From: Macrostomum lignano
Taxonomy: Eukaryota
Reading direction: 5' to 3'
DNA length: 39,783 nucleotides
Assembly (NCBI GenBank): GCA_002269645.1
Contig: NIVC01004641.1
Location: forward strand, 1-39,783
Shown here: positions 1-10,290 of the stretch, one piece after another
Layout: every line of letters begins with the position of its first letter
Numbering within the stretch: the first letter of the stretch is position 1
Notes under the pieces: generated by a model
Database searches by the model: none
What the model saw: the letters and a program-made list of their open reading frames with translations, nothing else
Told to the model about the DNA's origin: nothing
Program-made: the position numbers and the translations under genes

Positions 1-1366
1 GACAGAATTGAAAAAACTGCTCTTATACAGTGATTCTGTTCACCTCGTTCGGGCGACCAGACCGAGCTCGACCAACGAGCTCAGAGTGAGCTTCAGCTTC
101 CAAGAGAAACGGATCATGAGAGAGCTGAGCACAATCCAGGGCCAGCTGTTCACACTCATCAAGTTCATCTTCAAGAGATACTTGCCGCTCACTCTGGACA
201 CACCTGGACTCAAGACCTACCATGCAAAGACTCTGCTCTTCACAATGCTGGAGAAGTATGACACAGATCCTAAGACTGTGGTTTGGCAGCCCCATAATCT
301 GATCGCTCTGCTCAAGGAGTCTCTCAACAATGCTGAGCTTCATCGACTCAAGCAGCTCGCCCGATGAGTGCATGCCGCACTTCTTCATGCCCGACGCTCC
401 GCCTCTACTTCAAGTACGCTGGAATCGGCGGCGACTTCGACAACACGAAGAGCGAGGGTTCGAGACCAACTTTGTGAACTGAGAAGCGACATCGGCGGAG
501 TGGTAAAGCAGCTGAGGAGACTCGTGAGACCTCGCAGTCAGAGAGAAGTTCTATTTTCACCCGTTCACTCTGCTGCCTCTGACAGCACCGCCTGCTGTCA
601 CGGAGATCAGGAAAGGACGTGGCTCTCAACATTGTACTGCAAGTTCGCAGATGTGTACAGTTTGGTGCACCAGTGTGTAAGTGAGCTGCAGTCGGAATCG
701 AGCGACAGAGACACCCTGATGAAGCACCTCAGTCTCCTGCATGGCAGCAGTGGCTGCAAGTGCGCCGCCTTGTGCATGACCGCCATGGCGCATTTGAAGT
801 TTGGAGAATCTGAGGAGGCTGAGAGACTCGCGATGGAGCTGCAGAGACATCAGATTGAGTCAGGGTTGAAGCCACAGGATATTCGAGAAGAGAGCTGGTG
901 GAACATTACTCGTACAAAACTGCCAGAAGACTCAGACTGGGCATGGAGGTTCTGCCTCCCCTGCGACTCTTCGCCTCACTTCCCGTTCCTTCCCGAGTTC
1001 ACACAATCTCTATTCACAGCCAGACTGTCGCAGCCTCTCGCCTCCCACCTGTACGTGAACTTCCGCTGCCTGAGCTGGAGTCTCCAAGCTGAGCTGCTCC
1101 GCAATCGCGCACCTGCAATCGCATTCGATCATTGGATTGAACAGCTGCTTGAAGACCCGGACTTGGAGGAGCTGCTCACTCTGGCTCACTACAGCGACTG
1201 CTGCGAGCACGTGGAGCTCAGCCTGCAGCAGATGGAGATGATCAAGAAAGAGAGACGCGTCGCCATAGAGACGCAGGACGAGGAGAAGATCAGCTGGGTC
1301 AGACAGAAGCTGGAGAGACTTAATGATGCAGTAGCCGAAGTCCATCGGTCGGAAAAGGAAGGCTGA
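1..1366 (+). pseudogene. Mab-21/cGAS-like receptor (cGLR) gene, 3' part, disrupted by several small indels (pseudogene or consensus error); 5' end lies outside the window
   Basis: ORF 8-367 has VHLV..RP...LRVSFSFQEKRIM, QGQLFTLIKFIFKRYL and GLKTYHAKTLLFTMLEK, matching Mab-21 family motifs (HLVPK...WRLSFS.AEK; LKSYHLKT..FW). Removing single extra bases at 329, 402 and 454 gives LKESLN-MLSFIDSSSSPDECMPHFFMPDAPLYFK, matching the Mab-21 PHYF.P..NLF motif, and joins the 368-1366 frame, which ends at TGA 1364-1366. Confidence 0.75.
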
Positions 1367-4300
1367 GTCAGACTGACTGTCTGGTGCGGTGTTCGATGCT
1401 GACACAATTTTCATTTACTTTGTTTTGTTCAATCAAACTGTTTATTCTGCTGCATGCTGGCTTGATGAGGGTTCTGCGTATTCTGCCAATTTCTGTCTAA
1501 TTTAGCAACTTAAATGCTGCTTTGGTTTGTCTGCTTTTCAGGAAATGAGCACATCGAGAGCCATCGAGTAGGAGTAGCCCTTCTGCTATTATCTGCAAAT
1601 TGGTACACTTGTTCTGCAATTCAATTCACACACTGCATGCTAAATCGTTTTTTTTCCGTTCAAACTGCGCATCTGCTTTGATGTGGACTTTTCTCTGAGA
1701 TTTTGATTCTGTATTCTTCAATACTTTTTAAGAGGTTTTTTAGGCTAAATGTACAGGCAGTAATTATCAGCATGAACCTTGAAAGGTCTTAGGGTCAGCT
1801 GGGTCGGTTCGAAGCAGGAAAAGCTTGCTTCAGGAAAAAGCAAGAAGGTTCAACCATGCTGTCGCTAAATATTATGCATCACTGATCAGTGACCAATCGC
1901 TCAAAGATCGATGCCTCTCGGATTGCTCTGAAGCTAGTGAATACTTAGCCTGTTGGATTAGTGCTGCTGAAATAACCTTTTTGATGGCGTAATGAAAAAG
2001 ACTTATTTTCCAGTGACGTCAATTAACGTCAGTTTCGTCGGTGGACATGAACAAGTTGCAAGGGTAGCTTGTAACAAAGATGTTTGAGTAGACAACTAGG
2101 ATACATACTCAAGTCATCCAATTAGCTTGTGCATATACTCGTACATGTAATTGCATGCTTGCTTTTTGTAATTTACTTTCTGTCGCCGGTTAGATACACT
2201 GCAGTGCAGATCTAACTGGCTTTGTTGTTCTCATGCATGGATTGCTGCATGCTTCCCACACCATCTAGCGCAACTTACATGTATTCTCTGCTTTCGACGT
2301 TTATCTCTTGTAACTCATCTGTTTGTGTTTGCTTAATTTATCGCTGAGTTAGTTTATTTTTCGCTTCTCGGATCTCGGAAGTTTCAAATCTTTGGAGATA
2401 TCAATTCGTGTTACATTGCCTGTTTCAGTTGAATCCGCTATGGTGTCATCATCGTGTGGTAGCACTGACGTTTAAAATATACAGCGTATATCCTCCTGCT
2501 TTGATTTACTAGTACTGTGCATGCTATGTTGCAGTTAAAATTCTATTTTTGTGTCAATAAGCATGCATGTGCCTGCGCCAGTTGTTTCTTGTATACGTTT
2601 TACTCCGCAGCAGTTACTTCCCTTAACAATCTCAGTTGATCAGTAAAGTAAGGTGCATTGTTTGTCGTAGCATTTGGGACATATCCACAGGATTCAGGAA
2701 CACCCCATATAACTTTCACCAGCCTCTCCCAGCTCCTTGGCTACGCCCCTGCCTGTGATCCTGATCACAAACGGTTGATGAAACACTTGGGGCAACTAGA
2801 AATGATCGACTCAAAAACTCATCGAATGACTAGATAGTTGTTGCTATGATGCATTACATGCATTCCTGCGTGGCATTGATGCACGCACAGACAAACAATG
2901 TATCTCGTAAATAAAGTGCGTACATGTACGTCTGTGCTGCGTGACAGCAGCTGGTTTAGGGTGCTTATTAACTGTTGCTGAGTGCATGTACTCGTAATGT
3001 TCCACTATTGCATGTACATATAGCTATCTGGTAATATAATAGATTTTTTGCAAAATCTTAAATATTCTGAACAACTTCCATGTTTGTATTAATTTACCAC
3101 TCTTTTCGTTAAAAATTCCATAATCATTTTAAATATGTGCAACCCGAGTTAAGAATATTACGTCACCTTTACTATGTATTAGAGGATTATGTTTGGGTAC
3201 AATACGCACTATCTTTTACTTCTTGGGCTAGAAGGTGTCGGAATGTTTATCTAATTTTTTGTACATGTACCTTGAAATTACTTGTGCTGTATTCGTATTT
3301 TGCTGATTCAGCGTCTTGTTTTAACCTCCCTTACTACTTTTTAAATATAACGACTCGTGATTACATGAGCCTCTGCACACGCCTTCGTGTGTTTTCTTAC
3401 TTCTATAGCTGAATACTGTGAACCGCATGAAAAATGCAAGGACCACAAATAGCTAATTTATACTCGTAGTTGGTAGTCCTTGGAAGAATGTAAAGAGCCA
3501 CGGGCCCTATTCGCATGTAACTCCATAATGATTTGATTTGACTCACGCTCGACCACATATACCACATGTATAGACTAGATACATGTTGTACGTTGGCCTT
3601 CATATTTTTTCGTGTGTAGCACTCGTCGAATTCACGCACCGGCCGGATGAGGGCCGATGAGGCCAGAGCCTCCAGATCGTCGACAGTCGAATTGATTCGC
3701 GGCGTGCCCAGCATCATCAACCTACTAATTACAGTAATAAGGAGAGCGGACGAAATAGCACCTAAACCTAAAAGAATCTCGGATCGCTACTGTATAGAAG
3801 TCGGCATGGCAACCATAAGCAGCAAAAGAACCGCGTGCGTCAAAACGCTATTCCAAACTGCTTAGTCACATCTCCTGTTAATTTTCCCCTAGAGTCTAGA
3901 TGCAGAGTATCTGAATTCGATTTTGAATCTCTCTTTTTCCGCATTGTTTTTGTTTAAACAAGCGAGTGCTTCGAGGAAAATTCGGCCGCAGAAATTGAAA
4001 TTCGCCCCTGTAATAAAATTGATGCCGATATAAGCGTTAGAAATTTGAAAGAAGGTCATCCAAAACCAACCAAAAGCATCCACCAGACCATTTTAGATAA
4101 AGTGCAGCCCGTAGCGATCGAGATGAGCGCGACACGGCCTGTCGGAGCTGGAGTGCGACGGCAGGGATCGGGGGATCGGGCACGCCCAACTCTGGCGACC
4201 AACCACGCAGTAAAAGTACAGTAAAATATAAATCGAATACAAATACAAGTAGCACACGATGCGAAATACGAGCTAACTTGATTACTTTTAAAAACATACG

Positions 4301-4619
4301 CAGATACATTACACCAGTGGCACGGAAGTCTCTTTGGTCGCTGCTGTCCAGGAAGGGACACTCACCAGCCCCACCCCCACTCCACTATACGAGTTTAGGG
4401 GCGTTTTTTCAAGCCCAGAGCGGGGGGAGTTTTAAAATTTCTCGGGACTGAGTGCAATGATCGAGGGCCCATCTTTGCACAAATTTACGCATTTATTAGA
4501 CACTGCTTGCTTTTGCTTGCCACTTTATGCCTATATGATAGTGTGCACGGACATGATGAAGCTTCACTATCTAAGCTTCTAAGCTAATCTAAGCTTGCTA
4601 TCTGAGAATAGAAAGAACC

Positions 4620-4750
4620 ATCCACACAGCCTGAGCTTCTGGAAAAATGGATCTCCGCGACTTCCCCGAAAGTGGAAAGCAGCAGAGTTGAAGAAGTTGC
4701 GCAGCGATCCAAAGCACAACTACCGGATCTGCTCACTGCATTTTTCAGAA
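4620..4750 (+). pseudogene. THAP zinc-finger domain remnant (C-terminal half), frameshifted, probably from a DNA transposon
   Basis: One frame reads PELLEKWISA; after a shift near 4662 it continues PRKWKAAELKKLRSDPKHNYRICSLHF. The W...ICSxHF pattern is the THAP signature. The N-terminal CxxC is not recognisable. Confidence 0.5.
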
Positions 4751-4895
4751 AGGCTGTCTGTAACCAATTCTCAGGACTCCAACTCGATCGAGCCGTGTAA
4801 GCGCTCCGCGTTTGCAAATGCATGCAAATGGACAACCAAAGCAGCTAGAAAATCGACGCTTGAGAATTCTATCCCGTACCTGAGGAGTGCATCTT

Positions 4896-4947
4896 TCCAA
4901 ACTTGCCATCCTGCTTGAGCATCCAAACGTGCCATCCTGCTTGAGCA
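4896..4947. repeat. 26-bp tandem duplication
   Basis: TCCAAACTTGCCATCCTGCTTGAGCA (4896-4921) is followed by TCCAAACGTGCCATCCTGCTTGAGCA (4922-4947); 1 mismatch. Confidence 0.9.
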
Positions 4948-5705
4948 AAACTGTACCTGAGGACGACCTACCACCATGGCACCTACTCAGACTTGACGAG
5001 AGAGTGCTTAATTACTATACGCGTCGCTACAAGGATAAGGCAGAATAAACTCTTCGAAAGCAATGTTATAGGGGCTTCCATGATCTACTGGCGTTCGAGC
5101 TCTCCGCCACAAAGGGTAGCAAAATTTATTTTTGCACTAAAGAAACGACAGCTTCGTGAATAATGCAACCAAACATAGTAGATACGGATCATAAATTTCT
5201 GAATGTTTTGCGTTCAATGATGCAAACCGCATCTTTCGATGACTTTTACTCATAAATTTATCAGTCATAGAAATGAAAAATAATCGCGTTTTCCTTTTCA
5301 TTCAATGCAATTTAATTCGGCTTTTGCCCCTTAACTTGTATGCTGCCTAAACTAAGTGTTCCTTCCTGGGGAGCGCAGCGAGCCAATAGGATTCTAGATC
5401 TGCCAGTGGCGTAGCTAGGAGTTTGAAATGGGACTGGGGAAAACTGCAAAGGTCAAAGTCACAGTCAATTAAATTTTTTTATGTAATTTTTTGCGGTAAA
5501 AATGCACTAAAAAGTACTTGTAGCATTATTTATAGGCTAAAAAACTTCAATTTGTTATAATCAAAAAACCCGTTAGACATGTGTCTTAACTCAAATAACT
5601 TGAGTTAAAATTAGGAATAAAAATTAAAATCACATTTTACTAGTACATTTATACTTATTAGCTTTTTTAACAGAGACCGCAGTTTTTATCAAGTTTCACT
5701 CATGG

Positions 5706-7479
5706 ACAACTAGAGTAGAAGGACGCTACACTCGGCTTTCGTGGAAATCGGGCTGGAGGCCAAATTTTCGCGTAAATACACTAGCGAGATAGAAGAATAT
5801 ATTATTTTTCATGCGAAATAGGCAGCTAAATTTGAGTCCAGTCCAAGAAGCAGTGAAGTTCTTATTTTGATATAAGTTGAAAGAGTTATTACTTTGTTGA
5901 ATTTTATATGGCTTTCATCGCGAAAGTGTAGCATTCTATTTTTTCATTTACATTATAACTATAGGCCTAATTATAAGGTATAGGCTACTCTACTCTAGTA
6001 GGCCTGTGGCCTATCTAGTAGTATAGTATTCCCTACTATTATTATTAGGCTCTGCATGTCTACTGTATTCAGTAATGGACAATTACCAAGCCAGTCTATA
6101 CATCCTATCTGTAGCTAGTAGATCTTAAATCTCATGCCTATAGCCTATGATCAATATACTTAGTATATTACAAGAATTGCAATCTAGAGTGTTATGGATA
6201 TTCATTCATTCAAGCATACAAACCCAACCTTAGAGATTTCGTATATTTAGATAGGGTAGCTTTAATTTTTGTTTACTTTGATTTGAAATGCTTGTTTTAT
6301 AATAGAAAACTATTGATTTGTATCTATGCTATCTATGTAGACTCTAACTCAGATGTCAGACATCCCAACATAATCATTACCTTTAAGTTTGATTTACTTT
6401 GAATTGTAACTGATGTAGGCCTATGAATATGATAATATCATATTTATATACCATTTAATGTCTTATGGCCAATTGTCATTGATTATATATATATCTGACA
6501 AGTTGGCTACTTAGTGGTAACGAAGAGCTTGCGTGCACGGCAGCCGTTCACGTGGGCTCAGAATTGCGTGCACGGCAGAGCTGTATCTTATAGGCCTATA
6601 CAGTAAGTCATAGCTATTCAAATAATATTCAAATTAACAAAAAAGCAATGAATTAAGATTACATTGGGTGTACATGGTGTACGTGGGATAAAACATAAAA
6701 CAATATAGTAACAATAACTTTTTAATTAGTTATTGTTTAATTTAAGGGCCCCAGTCCTGGCCATTTACTGGCTGCCATGCATGCAATTTCAACACTAGAT
6801 GAACGGCTGCCATACATGCAAATAAAGCACTAGTTAGATAGTCGCCGTGCAGTGCACGCAATTCTGAGCTTGCGTGAACGGCTGCCGTGCACGCAAGCTC
6901 TTTGTAGTGGTAACTGGGGAACCTGCATGGACAATCGAAGTCATTCATCTTTATTGCCTTTTTGCTTTAAAATTATAGTATTGTTTGTTTCATTGTTGAT
7001 ATAGTTCTGATACAATTCATGTAGAGTATTGTTATATTTATCTCAATTGCTTCTAACTCTTGGATATATCTGAAAACTTTCGCCTTTAAATCTATGTAAA
7101 AGCCTACGAGTATAATATACACATTTGCACTTGTTTTTATACAGCTTTTATAAGCTGATTATGCATCAGATATTTTACTGATGGCACAAGATAAAAGAAT
7201 TTACTAGAAGGGAGCTGTGGCTTGTGTGGCCTAATGGGTCTGTTTTGACTTTCGACTGCATTATTTTCTGACTGATTATAGTTTTCCATACATGTTCAGT
7301 GCCGATTAATAGCAAAGATGAGCATTAATTGTTTTTACTAGAGCCAACAAATTTCTGAGCAACCTAGTGAAAGAATTTTTAGTTTTCATGCAGCCAATCA
7401 AGAGATATTGACTTTTGAATTTTGGCCTCCAGCTAATTTTACATGATTCGCGAGTGTAGCGTCTTTCTACTCTAGTTGT
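5706..7479. mobile_element. Non-autonomous TIR-bounded element (~1.8 kb, no coding capacity) hosting a nested MITE
   Basis: ACAACTAGAGTAGAAGGACGCTACACTCG (5706-5734) is the reverse complement of 7451-7479 with 1 mismatch. GCTGGAGGCCAAA also recurs inverted just inside both ends. No clear TSD. Confidence 0.65.
6521..6904. mobile_element. 384-bp MITE with 53-bp TIRs and 9-bp TSD (Mutator/MULE-like signature)
   Basis: TIRs 6521-6573 and 6852-6904 have 4 mismatches in 53 bp. TAGTGGTAA is duplicated at 6512-6520 and 6905-6913. Interior is AT-rich and non-coding. Confidence 0.85.
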
Positions 7480-7601
7480 TTCACTGCATATTTTACAGAA
7501 TATTTTCAGGTAACGTTTTCTGCGAAAATCTGGGTAAATTTTCACACTTTACCCATGGCATTGGGAAACTCGGAATTCGTGGAAATATCATTAAAAAATT
7601 A

Positions 7602-7760
7602 TCTGCTACATATAAAAATCAAAACTCTGTGTGTGTGTCTGTGTGTGTGTCTGTGGACAATTTTGATCGCTATGGACTCCCAAACTGCTCAACCAAATGA
7701 CACCAAACTTTACACCCACCCTAAACGTATTACGGAGAATGTCTTAGGCTACCTTTAAAT
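7602..7760 (+). mobile_element. Non-autonomous Helitron-like element, 5' end
   Basis: A|TC start, then TACATATAAAAATC, a (TG)/(TCTG) microsatellite and CTATGGACTCCCAAACTGCTCAACCAAAT, the layout of invertebrate non-autonomous Helitron 5' ends. No 3' hairpin plus CTAG end identified. Confidence 0.4.
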
Positions 7761-8869
7761 TTCCTAGACTCAAGTCTTCTTGCCTAAAAGTACAAAAAAC
7801 TGCTCAAAATGCGCGATTTTTTCACTTAATCCTCCATAGCGCCGCTCCACTTCTAACAATTCTCTTCAAATTTGACACAAAAAATCTTAAACTATTTTAG
7901 CATAATCATGTAAAATTTCGAGTCTTAAAGTTAATCCTGAGCGATGCTGTGCACTTTTAAAGTTAGGCTGTTTTTTTCAGCGTAGCAACCACCCCAACCT
8001 CCGCCCGCCTGCCTCTCTTCCCGATCTGGGCCTAGATGTGTAAAAGGGTTTCAAAATTGACTAACTTTCAGCTGCCATAAGTTTGCTCCAAGTAAAGCGA
8101 TTGACTTCAAACTTGACATAAATCTTTATTGACTTATTCTCTGTTTAAATGTAAAGTTTCAACTCTCTAACTCAATCAGAACAGAAACTGTAAACATGTA
8201 AAGTTTGTCTGCTTTTTCTGTTGTTTGTGCCACTCACTCACTCATTCCCCCAGAGCCAGATGAAGGGTCAGGCGATAGGGCTCAATGTACATAGCGAATG
8301 TACAGTGTTTTGGAATAACTTTTTAATAGCCTTCTGTACCCCCGCGAGTGGAGAGGAGAGAGTTTAGCGAGAGATTCAATTTCAAACCACTGTCCTCTAA
8401 ATAGACAAGTCTGCAGCAGTTAAACAAGGATGGCAAATCAAGGCAGTGTGGGATGGTTTGTAAAAATATTGAAAAATTAATGAATAACTGATTACAATGC
8501 AATCCTACTAAATTAGTTAGTTCCAGCATGAAGCTTTTAACATTAAGATTCACAAGGTAACTTTAAAATTTAAATGGCTACGAAGAAATGCGTATTTCCT
8601 TGGTTGTTAGACTGCTGCAGACTGTGGTGGTGGAGCCAGAGAATGGAGATACACAAATTCCTCTCAGGGCTACTAATTGGCCAGAAAGATGACGCGATTA
8701 AAGCATGAGAAATGATAACAAATAACAACCATGATAGTATTACTTCCCATCCCATGCACAAACTGGCTTTCGAAGCAGGGATCGGCAGATTTTTATCTCA
8801 AAGGCCAGATAAAGAATCCAGCTCATGGCTGCGGGCCAGATGAGAGTAAAAAGGAAAAGGAATAGACTA

Positions 8870-9205
8870 TTAGAAAGGGAGGAGGGGTGAGAGGGGGATA
8901 AGAGAGCAGATAGAAGATAACAGGAGAGACAAGGGGGTTGAGGAGAGAGCAGAGAATATGGGACGAAGAAGCGAGAGGGGGAGAGAGAAGGGAGACGAAA
9001 TAGTAGAGGTGAGAAGATGGAGAGAGAAGAGGGGAGAGATGAGACAGAGGATCGATGAGAGAGGAGAGTGGAGAAGAGTGAGAAGAGATGAGAGATGAGA
9101 GAACAGAGAGGCAAATGAGAGAGGATCGAGAGGAGAGATTAGAAAGGATAGAGAAGAGAGGAGATAAGAGGGGGAGAGAGAGGAGTGAGAAGAGAGGAGA
9201 TAAGA

Positions 9206-9268
<63 letters not shown>

Positions 9269-10290
9269 GAGAGTTGAGAAAGGAGAGATGATAGAGTAAA
9301 GGGAAGAGGAGGAGAGAAAAAAGAGATGAGATGAGAGAGATGAGAGAGATGAAAGGAAAGATGAGAGATGAAGGAAGAGAGAGCAGAGTGCAGAGAGACG
9401 AGAGAAGAGAATAAAGGGGAGAGAGTATAGAAGAGGGAAGAGAAGAGAGGAGTAAGGAAAGAGAGGAGTCAGAAGAGGGGAAAGAGAAGAGTACACAGTA
9501 GAGAGGAGAGTAGAGATGACAGAAGAGAGAGGGAAATGAGAGAGCAAAGATGAGAGTGAACAGACGATATAATTGAGAGGAGAGAGGAGAGTGGAGAGAG
9601 AAGAGAGAAGACAAGAGAGGGAGAGAGTATAGAAGAGAGAAGAGAAAAGATGAGAAGGAAGAAGAAAGGAAAGAGAGTCCTGAGTCAAAAAGGGGAAAGA
9701 GAGGAGTACAAGAAGAGAGAGGTGAGAGAACATATGAGAATAAAGATGACAGATGAGAGAGGGGAGATGAGAGAGCAGAAACCAGAGTGAACAGACAAGA
9801 GATGGGAGAGTAGAGAGAAGAGAGGAGAGATAAGAAATAAGAGATGAGATGTGGAGACAAGGGAGAGATGAGAAGTGAGTGAAGAGAGAGGAGGGGAAGG
9901 GAGAGAATTGAGAGGACAGGGGAAATTGGTGAAAAGGACGAGAGAGGAGAGGAAAGAGAGGAGAGATTAGTGAGAAGAGAGATAGGACAGGAGAGAGCAT
10001 AGAGAAGAGAGGAGAGAGAGAAGAGAAATGAGAAAAGATAAGAGAGAGAGAGAAGATAAAAGAAGAGAAATGAGATATAAGAGAGCAAAGACGAGAGAGA
10101 AGGGAGGTGAGAGAAAAGAATAGAGGGGAGAGGGAAGAGACGAGAGAAGAGGGGAAAGAGGAGAGAGGACAGAGAAGAGAAAAAAGAAGAGATAAGAGGA
10201 GAAAAAGAGGAGACGAGAGACGTGAGAAAAGATAGGAAACAGAAAAGAAGATGAAAGTTTTAAAGGATGCAAAGTACATAGGGAGAGGCA
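8870..10290. repeat. AG-rich low-complexity tract including a pure (GA)n microsatellite at about 9209-9272
   Basis: Almost only A and G on the + strand; produces spurious Ser/Leu-rich ORFs on the - strand. Confidence 0.95.

Noticed and set aside
1-1366. Bacterial CBASS/CD-NTase system
   Set aside because: Motifs are those of animal Mab-21/cGLR; no operon or effector genes; flanks are eukaryotic repeats.
3403-3865. Overlapping ORFs on both strands that look protein-like
   Set aside because: No family motif, one has an in-frame stop upstream, and no convincing splice sites. Would need tBLASTx or RNA-seq.
4553-4561. CATGATGAA, matching the start of the Drosophila P-element TIR, near the THAP remnant
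   Set aside because: Only 9 bp, no partner TIR or TSD; consistent with chance.
2740-5420. GCTACGCCCCTG (about 2740-2751) and CAGTGGCGTAGC (about 5404) as a TIR pair
   Set aside because: They face outward, so cannot bound one element; no partners found. At most orphan ends.
8400-8700. Possible small exons (AAG|GTAACT donor near 8556)
   Set aside because: Joined frames stop early and resemble nothing I recognise.
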